From contig CATNEN010000001.1 in NCBI GenBank assembly GCA_950097015.1, positions 10,788,001-10,852,000 on the forward strand: 64,000 nt of DNA, given 5' to 3'. Under the pieces are notes generated by a model that did no database searches, had not been told where the DNA came from, and was given only the letters and a program-made list of their open reading frames with translations. Below are positions 12,796 through 24,700 of this stretch, one piece after another; within the stretch, counting starts at the first letter, position 1, and every line of letters starts with the position of its first letter. A program made the translations under genes and the position numbers. The DNA is from Macrostomum hystrix. Its lineage: Eukaryota; Animalia; Platyhelminthes.

Positions 12796-15700
12796 ATGGT
12801 TCGACGCGGCGCTAGCAGTTTAAAGAAGAGCCGCGATGCCAAGCGACGGCGACAGGCAGAATCCGAGGCAGAGTGGGCTGCCCGACTGGAAGAACAGCGG
12901 CAGCGGAATGCTCAGCGCAGAGAGGCTGAGACTGAGGCAGAGTGGGCTGCCCGACTGGAAGAACAGCGGCAGCGGGATGCTCAGCGCAGACATGCTGAGA
13001 CTGAGGCAGAGTGGGCTGCCCGACTGGAAGAACAGCGGCAGCGGAATGCTCAGCGCAGAGAGGCTGAGACTGAGGCAGAGTGGGCTGCCCGACTGGAAGC
13101 CGATCGGATTCGTCGCCGTGGAGCTGTGGTTTCTAGGTGAGTTTTATAATAACGTTTTATAACAAGTCTTTATTTTTGTTTTTTTCTGAATTGCCTTTTT
13201 AGTATCCATTTTTCTGTAAAATTTAGGCGGACAACAATTTTTGAGAAATGAATTGTCTTAAAAAGCCAATTAAAGCAGCGGTGCTTACGTTCACTCATTG
13301 CCCCTTAGGTCGGACACCCAGCAGCAAGGTACGGAAGCTATTGTACCCTTTGAGCAGTTGCAGGTAATCCCCATTGTTGGTGATGGCAATTGCTTCTTTT
13401 ATGCCGTGTGTGATCAGCTGCGTGGAACCCCGCTGGAAACTGACGCAGCCTCCTTGCGGCAGGATTTGTCTTGCCGTGTTGCAGAACTCATGCCTCAGTT
13501 GGTTGCAGATGGCCTCATTGCACCTGAGAGTGCTGATGACATTGTGAATTGCTCTTTTCAAACAGGAATTTATGTTTCAGATGAAGTTGCCTCTTTGTTG
13601 AGCCGCTGCTTTAATGTGGACCTGGTCATTTACCAGGCCAATGGTAATGTTATGCAGTATTTCAGGGCTAATCTGCATCCTCCTAATACCATTGTGCGGG
13701 TGCTCTTGCGCCATGAACATTACGAGTCACTGAGACTTCGAGAGCCTTTGCAAGCCCTTTCAGATGCAGAGTTTCCAAGCTTGGCAGCAAGCAGAACTGC
13801 CAAGAGGGCCAAGAAAGTCAAGTGCCCGAGAGCAATGCCAGCTCCAAGCTCCCGTTCGGACACTGGAGCACAGACTGAGCAGCATGCCGAGCCGGTGATG
13901 CCAGAAGCCCCGGCTCATCAATGCGGCCCAATGAACAGCGCCTGTAATGACTGCGGCGCCCTGCTGTGGGCTAAGGAGACGAGAAATTTCTGCTGTGCTA
14001 AGGGCAAGGTGAAGCTGCCCACCCGTTCCGTGCCGCAGGTCCTGGCAGATCTGTACACGGGGCAGCACCGCCTCAGTGCAGAGTTCCTGGCTAACATCAG
14101 GAGCTACAACTCTGTGCTGCACCTGACGTATCTGGGTGCGAAGCTCAGACTGGTGCCTGGCTGGAGTCCCAGCTTCATCATCAGCGGCCAGCTGCATCAC
14201 AACATGGGGCCGCTGCTTGCCGACACCTCAGCCGTGCCGCATGGCTGGCAGGTGTACTTCATGGACCGCGAGCTGGAAAGCCGCCTGAGCCTCAGCCAGA
14301 AGGTGAAGCCGCAGCTGCTGGAGCTGCTGCAAACTGTACTGCACGAGTGCAACGGCTATGTGCAGAGCCTGCGAGCTGCTGCTCAGCGGATCAGTGGCGA
14401 CCCTGAGCTGGGAGATGCGCGAATTGTGATTCACCCGGACCGAAGACCAGCTGGGGAACACATTCGGTGAGTGAGCTGTGTTATGGAGCTGCTCTTTGGG
14501 ATAAACCTGGGATAAATCTGTTGCATTATGTGAAATACCTGCGGCACCAATTCAATTTCCTGTTCAATCCCAGGCGTTACAATCTCCCTACTGCCAATGA
14601 GGTTGGCATCCTGGTTGTCGGTGGTTCCGAGGACGCACCGACAAGTCGTGACGTTGTGATCCGACTGCGCGGAGGCGAAGTTCAGCGCATTTCCGAGACG
14701 CACCGGTCCTATGACCCTCTGGAGTACGTGCTGCTGTTCCCGAATGGCGAGGACGGTTGGCACCCGGAGCTGCAGATGGCGAATGGGCGGAAGCTGACGC
14801 CCATGAAGTACTACGCCAGCGAAATCATGGTGAGAGGTGGCCAGTTTAACGTGCTGCATTACAGCAGGCGCCTCTTCCAGCAGTACCTGGTAGACATGGC
14901 TGCCAAGATCGAGTCCGAGAGGCTGCTGTACCTGCGCACTCATCAGAACGATTTGCGCAACGAGACATACAGCGGCCTACGAGACGCTCTGTTCGCTGCT
15001 GATGGCAGGAGCACCGAGAGAGACCCCAATGAGATTGGTAAGCCTGCCCATGTGTACCTGTCTTCCAGCTTTGTTGGTGGACCCAGGTACCTGATGGAGC
15101 GACTGCAGGATGCAATGGCCTACGTGCACAAGTTCGGAAAGCCGGACCTGTTTGTCACAGCCACGTGCAACCCGAAGTGGCCGGAAATCAGCGTGCAGCT
15201 GCTGCCCGGTCAGCGGGCTGAGGACCGCCCGGACATTGTGACTCGAGTCTTTGAGCTGAAGAAAAAGGCTCTGCTTGAAGTGCTCAGGAAGCGCTTTGGC
15301 AAGGAGGCTGCGCATGTGTGCTCCTTGGAGTACCAGAAGCGCGGTGAGTGAAAGCAGATTTTCATACAGTATTGACAACCTGGATTAACAAATTCATGGA
15401 TTTTTTGCCAACTCGCCTCAGGCCTTCCCCATGTGCACTTCCTGCTCTGGCTGGCGAACGGGAGTCGAGTCACCCCGGATCGCTACGATGCCATCGTGTC
15501 TGCGGAGATCCCAGACCCACAGCGGCAGCCAGTGCTGCACGAGCTGGTCAAGACCAACATGATCCACGGGCCGTGTGGCGAGCTGAACCCGGCCTGCCCT
15601 TGCATGGAGAACGGCAAGTGCAGCAAGAGCTTCCCGAAGGACTTCCAGCCGGTGACGCTGACGAGCGACAGTGGCTATCCGTTCTACAGGAGGCGCTCCC

Positions 15701-18700
15701 CTGAGATGGGAGGCTTCACGGTGGACAAACTGTTCAAGGGTCGCAGCATCCGAATGGACAACAGGTGAGTCAGTAGCTGCGTGGCCATAGTGTTTCTGTG
15801 CTCTGCAAGCCGCTTCTTCCGTCCAATCACCAGGTGGGTGGTGCCATACAACCCTGACCTGCTGCTCCAGTTCGCGTGCCATTTGAACGTTGAAGTTTGC
15901 GCCACTGTCAAGTCTGTGAAGTACGTGATCAAGTACTTGATGAAGAATGGCGACATGGCTGTTTTCAAAGTCGCCGCCACCGCAGGAGCTGCTGAATCTC
16001 AGCCGAGTGCTCCTCCTGAGAGGCAGGCGAAGTCACGGGATGAAATCTCCGAGTACCTGTCTGCACGCTACATTGGTCCGATGGAAGCTGTAAACACCAT
16101 CCTGGCCTTTGAGGTAATTGCTCTGCTGTGATGTAGCTGTGATTTTAGCACTGAATTTAGTCTTGGCGGTCACTCTGATGCTCCAAAAATATTATCACCT
16201 TTGCCCAGGTGCACAACAGGTTTCCGGCGGTCATCCGACTTTGCGTGCACAAGACGGAAGAGCAGCTTGTGTACTTCAACGAGCAGACCGCGGGCGCCAG
16301 AGCAAAGGTGCCACGAGACTCGACACTGACGGCCTTCTTCAAGCTGTGCCGCACTGACGAGTTTGCCCGCCTGCTGCTCTACACAGAGGTGCCCGGCTAC
16401 TTCGTGTGGCACCCGAGTGCGAGAGAGTGGCGTCGAGCCAAGCAGGGCGCCAATGTCGAAGGACATCCCGGCGTGAAGCGCAACACCAACATTGCGCGGA
16501 TGTACACGGTCAGTCCCAGGGCTGGTGACCTGTACTTGACTTACTTGACTTAGCTGCAGGGGGCATCTTCCGGATGCAGCGGGGAGGCGTTGCCGCCCAT
16601 TCCGCTAGCCCCTGGCGACCACGGGCAACTAGAGCTGCGGTGTCGCGCAGGGGGATCCGGTGGTGCCGGCGTCCGCAGCGCGGTCCTCCTCCGGAGTGTC
16701 CAGGAGGTGGAGGGTTGCTCGCCCGGTGGCCCTCAGGTATCGGACGAGCTGGCAGATGTTCTCAGGCCTGAAAACGTCGGGGAGATCCGGGTTTGGGCCG
16801 AGATAGGTGAGCCGGTCCTGAGTGAAGGCGGGGCAGTCGCAAATAAAATGCTCTGCATCCTCAACATAGGAGAGGCAGAAGGGGCATTCCTCACTGCGGA
16901 TTTTGCCTTGCAGGAAGCGGTGCCTGGCGAAACAGCCATGGCCAGAGAGGGCCATGGTGACTGCCCTGATGTCCTTGCGGTTCAGTCCAAGCAAGGCTTT
17001 GCGAAGGGCAGTGGAGGGACAAGGGACAGCAGCGCGAGACTGCCGACAATCGGCGGTATTGATCCATCTGTCCTTGTGCTTTGAGGTCACCCACTGGTTA
17101 ATCCGAGTGTTGACGACGGCGGTAGGGGTGGAGACCGCAGGCACGGGGCCAAAAAGCGAACCCGTCGAACCGGCCTTGGCGAGGCTGTCGGCCAATTCGT
17201 TACCAGGGTGGCCAGAGTGCCCTGGAATCCACCTTAGGGACACCTTGTTGTGGGTCCCTAAGCGGTTGAGTTGCGCGACGCAGTCAAGGACTGTGCGCGA
17301 GCAGGTGTGCGTGCGTCCAAGGGCATGGATCGCCGCCTGGCTGTCCGAGTGGAGGAAGATTTCTGCTCCATGGACGTTTTGGTAGATCAGCTCCAGGGCG
17401 CAGGAGCTGATGGCCAGAACTTCGTTCTGGAAAACAGTAGAGTTTATGCCGGTGTGCTGGGAGAAGGTCGCCACAGTTTTCCCTCCGGACATAATGCAGT
17501 AGCCGAAACCAGAGACCGAGTTGATTTGCGATCCGTCGGTGAAGCAGTGAATTTCACGGGGTTGGCCGTGGTCACGTACTTCCTGGCGAGGCGGAATGCT
17601 GGTTTTGAATTTTTGCGGTGGGCACAGCGTCGACGGGATTCCGTCGGAGAGAATTTTGAGACCTCCTGCTGCGTCCAGGTCCCGTAGGCTGAGGTCGCCA
17701 TGGGGCTGGAGGTTCCGCTTGCTGAAGGCAAGTTGCTTCCGGATGGAGATACCCGCGTCCAGAAGACGACGAGCCGTCTTCATCGCCTCCCCCTTGATAA
17801 AAAGATCTAAAGGGGGAAGGTCCAGGAAGGCATTCATGCCAGCGAAGGGAGTGGAGGGTGCCGCACTCATGATGGCTCGACAAGCACGGCCCTGCACCTT
17901 GTTTAGGGCCTCCAGGACCCCTTTGGTCTCCAGGGCACTATTCCAGATGAAGCCGGCAAAAGAGATGGCCGGTCTTACAATGGTAGTGTAAATCCACCAG
18001 AGACGGCGGGGGGTGAGGCCCCAGGTGGCGCCGAAGGCTCTGCGAATCTGCGCGAGCGTCGCAAGAGCTTTACGGGTTTTGAATTTGACGTGAGGTGTCC
18101 AGCTCAACCTGTGGTCGAGGATGACACCTAAGCATCTGGTTTGCTTCTCCATGGCGATTGGTTTGTTATAGAGAAGGAGAGGCTCAATCCTCCAGTTTCG
18201 TTTGCTGGTGAACATAATGGCGACGGTCTTGGACTCAGAGAGTTTGAGGCCGCAGCCATTGGCCCAGCGTTCGGCACGGTGGATGAAAGCTTGCAGAAGG
18301 TCTCTAAGGACCGGGGGAGACGGTCCGGCCACGGTGGCGGTGACGTCGTCAGCATAGCCGATTTTTTGGACCGGGTCCGGGTCAGGGCTGCAGAGCAGTT
18401 CGTCCATGACAAGGTTCCAAAGGATCGGACTGAGAACGCCACCCTGCGGGCCTCCCTTCTGGACATTCACAGAACGGGAGTGTCCAAGCAGGTGCGAGGT
18501 GGCAGTTCGGTGAGAGATCATATACATGATCCAGCGGGTGAGGTGCTCGTGCGTAGCCCGGCGTTCCAGGGCTCGCCTAAAGGCTCCGAAGAGCACATTG
18601 TCGAAGGCACCATCAATGTCGAGGAAAAGCGAGAGAGCAAAACCGGTGCCAAGCACGGCGCGCTCCAGCTTGTCGACAATGGCATGCAGAGCACTTTCGA

Positions 18701-21700
18701 TGGAACGTCCGGATCGAAAGGCGTGCTGGTTGGCGGAGAGCGGGGAGTTCCTCAGCTCAACGTGAAGGAGGCGCCAAAGAACAAGCCTTTCAAGCAGCTT
18801 AAGAAAGAAAGATGTTAAGCTGATGGGGCGGAAGGCTTTGGCGGAGTGGTAGTCTCCCTTCCCAGGTTTGGGGATGAAGACGATAGTGGCTTCCTGCCAA
18901 GACCTGGGTACGTACCCGAGGGTGATACAGGCCTTGAACAGGTTGCAAAGGAGGCCGAGGAACCTGTCATTTTTTACCGCTTCATGTAAGAAGGCGGGGT
19001 AAATGTTGTCAGGTCCAGGCGACTTAAAAGGCGAGAAGGAGTTAGCAGCGCGAGCTGTCCGTTCTCTAGTGATAATAGTTGTCGCAAGGATGTGTCCACC
19101 CGGAGTGTGGTCCGGCGGGTCCTGAAGCGGCGCAGTCTGGGGGAAGGCGCTGGCGAGCATGATGTCCAGCGATTCGCCAGGATTCTCAGCAAGCCGGCCG
19201 TCCGGTCTTTTGATCACTGAGAGCTTCGACATTTTGTCAAGAGTGAGCGCTTTTACAACGCGAGAAGTTGGGCGGGCGCCCTCCAGCTCGGAGCAGTATT
19301 GGCGCCACTTTTCGGACTTCGCTTTCCTGGTGTCACGCTTAAAGTCACGAATCGCATTCTGGTAGGCGGTCAGGTCAGCTGGGTCCTTGCTTTTCCGCGC
19401 AATCCGCTGGAGGGATTTGGCCTTTCGCCGGAGGGTTCCAAGCGCTGGGTTCCACCAGGGAGCGGATTTTTTGCCTTTGTAGGCTTTAAGAGGGCAAGAG
19501 GTTTCATGAGCTGTCAAGATGGTCATGCTGAGTAGATCAGCCAGATCGTCCACTTCTTGACAGGTGGCAGGAACAACGGATTCTAACTGGTTGGTCTGGC
19601 GCTTCACGGATTCCGCAAAGGCCGTCCAGTCAGTATTCCGGGCGTTCCTTCTCCACAGAATACCAGGCTTGGAGTAGGAGCTTAGCAACCGGAAACGAAT
19701 GAAGCGATGGTCAGACAGAGATTTCTCTTCGTCCCACACCTGCCAGTTCCTAATCAGAGGGATCAGGCCCTGACAGGCGAGGGTGGCGTCAAGGACCTCC
19801 GTCCATCGTCCATTGTCAAAGGTGGGTGTGCCACCCGAGTTGCAGAACTCAATATTGGTGGTGCAGATGTAGGCAAGGAGATCCTCGCCTCTGCAGTTGG
19901 AGGTAACACTGCCCCAGTGGGTGTGGTGGGCATTAATGTCGCCTGCCACCAGCAGCTCAAAGTCGCGGTCTGAGCAGTAGTCCACGAGGGAAGTGAGACT
20001 GGGCGGAACCGCAGGACCGTCACCAGGAATGTATATAGAGGCGATGATGACGGTGCGGTTCGGGAGAATGTGGTTGGTTTGGATGACACAGAGGTCTTTG
20101 TCAGAGAGGTCTGGTCTATACCAAGCTTTAAGATCGGTAGTCGCGAACACAGCAGCCCTGGGGTTTTGGGGCATGAAAAAACAGTCAAAACCAGCAGGAA
20201 TGTTCGGAATCTTACCTTTCTTCGTCCAGGGCTCTTGGAGGAGGATGATGCCCGGTTTTTCGAAGTCCACCACACGCGCCAGGTTGGTCGAGGCCGCGAT
20301 GCAGTGGTGCAGGTTCAGCTGCAGGAAGCTCACCCCAGGAGGGGCGGTCCGTGCGGCTATCTGCTGGCCTACGGCGAGTTGTTCAGGAGCGATTCCTCGT
20401 CCTCGCCGGTGTTTTGCCCGAGCTCCATCGGTTCCTCCTGAATCGGATCCAGAGTTGAGGCCGGGGCTGCCGCAACAGCGGCGTCCGTGTCCTCAACCCG
20501 GTTTTCCGCTGGGGGTTCCGATGAAACATTGGGCCGGGTGGTGCTGCGGTGGCGTCCACTGTTGGGGTCCGACAGCTGTCTGGCGCGCTGAGTCAAGCCA
20601 GCACGGATGGTGTTGCGGGCGGGTTTCCGGCCCTTACCACGTCCGCCTGTCGTTGCGGCTCGCGCGGCTTTGCCCCTGATAGGGTCCGCATCCTCGGAGT
20701 GGTCGTGACGATCAGGAGTCTGTGTTCCAGGGCGCAGGGGCCCGGCAGAGCTCTGGTTCGTCCGTTTCCGCTTTTCCGGGGGCGGCGGGCGAGTGGCGTC
20801 GGACTCGAAGCTGAAAATCTGCATTCGAGTGAGGCCTGCACTGATGTAGGACATGTCTGGGCAGCGGAGCATCCAGCTGTCCGACAATCCTAGGATGGCC
20901 GTGAAACCGTCTCCACCAGGTCTGGTGATGGTTTCATGAACCACGACACCGTTTGCTGGCAGATCCGGGTGGATTGCCAACAGCAGGCGGCGCAGTTCTC
21001 CGGCGTTGGTGATGGCGCTGCGAGCTGGAATCCAAACACGATGACGGTGTGTCTGGGGGCGCTCGTCCTCCCTGTAGATAAACAGGTTGCCCATTTCCGT
21101 GCCCCAGTCGAAGGATTTCAGCATCTCGAGGAGTTGCTGTCCGGACTGGTTGTCGGCAGGCTGGACAATGAGGGCTTGGTCCTGGATGTCGGTCTTCAGG
21201 ACGTGCAGTACAGTGCCGCTCAGTGCCAGTTTGACCAGATGGGAGTCCAATCTGCGCCAGATCTGGTCGAGTTGCGCTGTTGTGAGGGGCGTCTCCTGGC
21301 CTCGGATAACCAAGGCCGGCTGCCTCTTTGCCATAGCAGCGTAAGTGCGCTTTGGCCTTGTGGTTTGGCCGGCGCCTCCCGCAACGGGCCCCCCAGCAGT
21401 CGTCGGAGTTTCCGGATGACTGTGAGAGGTTCCGCCGCGAGAGGAACCGGATGCCCCAGAGGCCTGGGCGGCACTTTTCCGCGCTTCCGGATTTCCCGGA
21501 CGGCGCGAGGAGTCCGCCTCCTTGTTGGGTGCCGGTTCCTCCGCGATGTTCGCAGAGTTGCCGGCCCCCTCCTCGGGGGCGGTGGTTGGCGCGGATTTCG
21601 CAGCCAACCGTACTTCCTGTTTTCGCCGCCGGAATTCCTGGAGGCGGGCGAGGCTGCGGGCTTGCGTGGAAGGGGAGCGTTTGCTCTTTGATCCAGCCGC

Positions 21701-24700
21701 TCTGGTGTTTTCCTGAGTGGCGGAGGAGCAGGATGAATTTTGGGCGCCGGTGGAACCGGTGTCGCCCTGGCGCTGGTCCTGAGGATCTGCGTCGCCGGCC
21801 GGGGTCGGCGTTTCAGCAGGGTCCTGGGACGTGCTGGAGCTGTAGTGGGACTCCATAGGTCGCTGGAAAAAGAGAAAGAAGAGAATAAAAATAAAAACCG
21901 CTAATGGCCGGATAGACTCCCCGGACCTTTCAGCCCCTCAGCGCGGTGAGACCTTAGGCATAAGAGGGCACCTAAAGCAGTGCCAGGCCCGCAGACTGGC
22001 TGCGTACCCTGTTGAGGTCGAAGGGTGACACCTGTCCCTCAGAGCCGTAGCCAGAGGTACCTGATCACGCACAGGTGCACGAGCGCTGCGGACTGGCCGC
22101 ATACCCTGTTAAGGTCAAAGGGTGACACCCTTCCCTCAGAGCCGTAGCCAGAGGTACCTGATCACGCACAGGTGCGCGAGACGCTGCGGACTGGCCGCAT
22201 ACCCTGTTAAGGTCAAAGGGTGACACCTTTCCCTCAGAGCCGTAGCCAGAGGCACCTGATCACGCACAGGTGCACGAAAACTGCGGACTGGCCGCATACC
22301 CTGTTAAGGTCAAAGGGTGACACCTTTCCCTCAGAGCCGTAGCCAGAGGCACCTGATCACGCACAGGTGCGCGAGACGCTGCGGACTGGCCGCATACCCT
22401 GTCAAGGTCAAAGGGTAACACCTTTCCCTCAGAGCCGTAGCCAGAGGTACCTGATCACGCACAGGTGCGCGAGACGCTGCGGACTGGCCGCATACCCTGT
22501 CAAGGTCAAAGGGTAACACCTCTCCCTCAGAGCCGTAGCCAGAGGTACCTGATCACGCACAGGTGCACGAAAGCTGCGGACTCGCCGCATACCCTGTTAA
22601 GGTCAAAGGGTGACACCTTTCCCTCCAGCCAGGGCTAGAGGTACCCAGTTTGGCCAGAGGCCCTGGATGGGTCATCCAGCGCTGTTGCCCATTCTGTCCG
22701 GCTGCCCTAGGGTCAGCCTTGAACACTCGCGGGACGTGTACCCATGGGTCAGCTGACGGGACAGCGTGGAGGGATCCCTGCACCCGGAGGTACAGGGCTC
22801 CTTCCTGCCAGGCCTGCTCAAAAAACGACTGCAGGTGTGAGGCATCGCAGACCTTAGCCCGTAGGCCTGGTCTGACTCATACCACACAGGCATTGTGTCC
22901 CGCCGGTGCGAGCGGTGACCTGTACTACCTGCGGCTGTTGCTGCTGCACGTGCGAGGACCGACCAGCTTCGAGTCGCTGCAGACCGTGGCCGGAGTGCTT
23001 TGTGCCAGCGCCAAGGCCGCCTGCATGGCTCTCGGCTTGCTGCAGCGCGATGATCACTGGCATCGCTGCATGATTGAGGCTGTCCAGAGCCGAATGCCGC
23101 GAGCTTCTTCTTCTTCTTCTTCAGTCCTTTTCTCGCCTCGCGGCGTGGACGCTCTGCCGCCGACTCACTGGCAGGTCTTTCGATGTCTGGCCATGTTCGT
23201 GCGGGCCAGCATCCTCCCGCAGTCCGGGCACGGAGCTCTGGCGCTCTTGTAGATCCGCGCCGTAATCCCCGTCGTCTGCTGGCCTCTCCCCGTTGGTACT
23301 GCTGCTTCTTCTGCCCTCTCGTCCGGTGTCGCGCCCGCCTCTGGCTTCCTTCCGTTCTCCTTGCACCGTTTCCTATGCCGCGCGTGATTGGACTTGCTTA
23401 TCCACTTGTTGCACTCTCCGCAGTGGACTTCTTTCGCCGATCGCTCCTCTCCTCCGCACCTCTTCTGGTGGTTTTTTCTTGTCGCCTCCGTGAAGAAGGT
23501 AGCGTTGCACTTTAGGCACGGCAGCGGTGTCTTCGTAAATTGATGGTGTATCCTCCGTTGGTGTACGGCTAACCCGGCTCTCGACGCGCACACCTTCCCG
23601 CAGTTCTCGTAATTGCACCTGTACCCGGTCAGCTCCGATTCCACTTCTCCGGCTTCTCTTTCCTGTGCTGTTTCTTCCTCAGTCGTCTCTGCTTTCTTTC
23701 CTTTCTTCCTCTCGCTCTCCTCCAGCGCTCTTTCCCTGATGCGTAACTTCTTTCTCCAAGCCTCTCTATCGGTCACCAGCCTTTCGACCTCCAGCTCATC
23801 GATTTCTGCCGTGCGCAGTAGCTTTCTCCATACCGAGATGATGGTCTGCCTTCTCTTCCGCGCTTTCTTGATGGTAGTCAGCTTCTTGCTCCAGCCGAGG
23901 ACACATCTTTTGACGGTGCTGGTATCCGGGAGTCTGAGTACGTGGCCTAGCCTGCGCCAGTGGGCCGATTCGACTTTGGCGCCGATGCTTCGGACCCGCA
24001 GTTCGTTCCGCACGTCCCACATGTTCACTTTTTTTCTCTCCATTTCTTTTAGCGGTGGTTCGGTCTTGCTGCTCCACACGTACCGATAACGACGGTCCAT
24101 TGCCTGCTGCATCCGCTTAATTTCCGACTTGTGGAAGGGCCGGGCGCCTGCATTGAAGAGCATCGTGCTCTCAACACAGGTCTCTATGATCCTAGCTTGG
24201 GTGCGTTTGCTTAGTCGTGTTTTGCGTAGCATGCATTTGACTCCCGCCCACGCTTTGGCAGCTCTCTGCAGCCGCTGGGCGGTGTCCTGCTTTCTGCCGA
24301 TCCAGGTGCCCAGTATCCGGATGTTCTGACTCTCAGGTGTTCCTAGCTTAGCTCGCTCTTCCTTCTCATCGTTCGTCCGTTCTTCTAGGATTCCGATGGT
24401 CTCGATGACGGTTCTCGTCCCTTGCTCGATTTCCTCGGATCCCCCGACAATAGTGGTGTCGTCAGCGAACAGTACTTCTGTGATTGTTATCTCCGCCGCT
24501 TCTTCGTTGTAACCTCCCATCTTTTTAGGCGGTAAGCATTTGCCCGGTCGGCAAACCCACTTGATTCCGCATTCGGCCCCGGTGTTCTTCGCTTTTTCCA
24601 TGCGCCTCTCTTTTGCTATCCGTATCGCCGTCTGGTGATAGATGTTGAAGAGGATAGGCGATGTGGCGCAGCCTTCTCTCAGCCCGCGTTGTGGGTAAAA

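Larger units (their letters stand above)
16537..22913 (-). mobile_element. Full-length non-LTR retrotransposon, LOA-like (I group)
   Basis: 13-bp TSD GGTGACCTGTACT (16524-16536 / 22914-22926); 3' tail TAAGTCAAGTAAGTCA; two intact ORFs. Confidence 0.92.
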
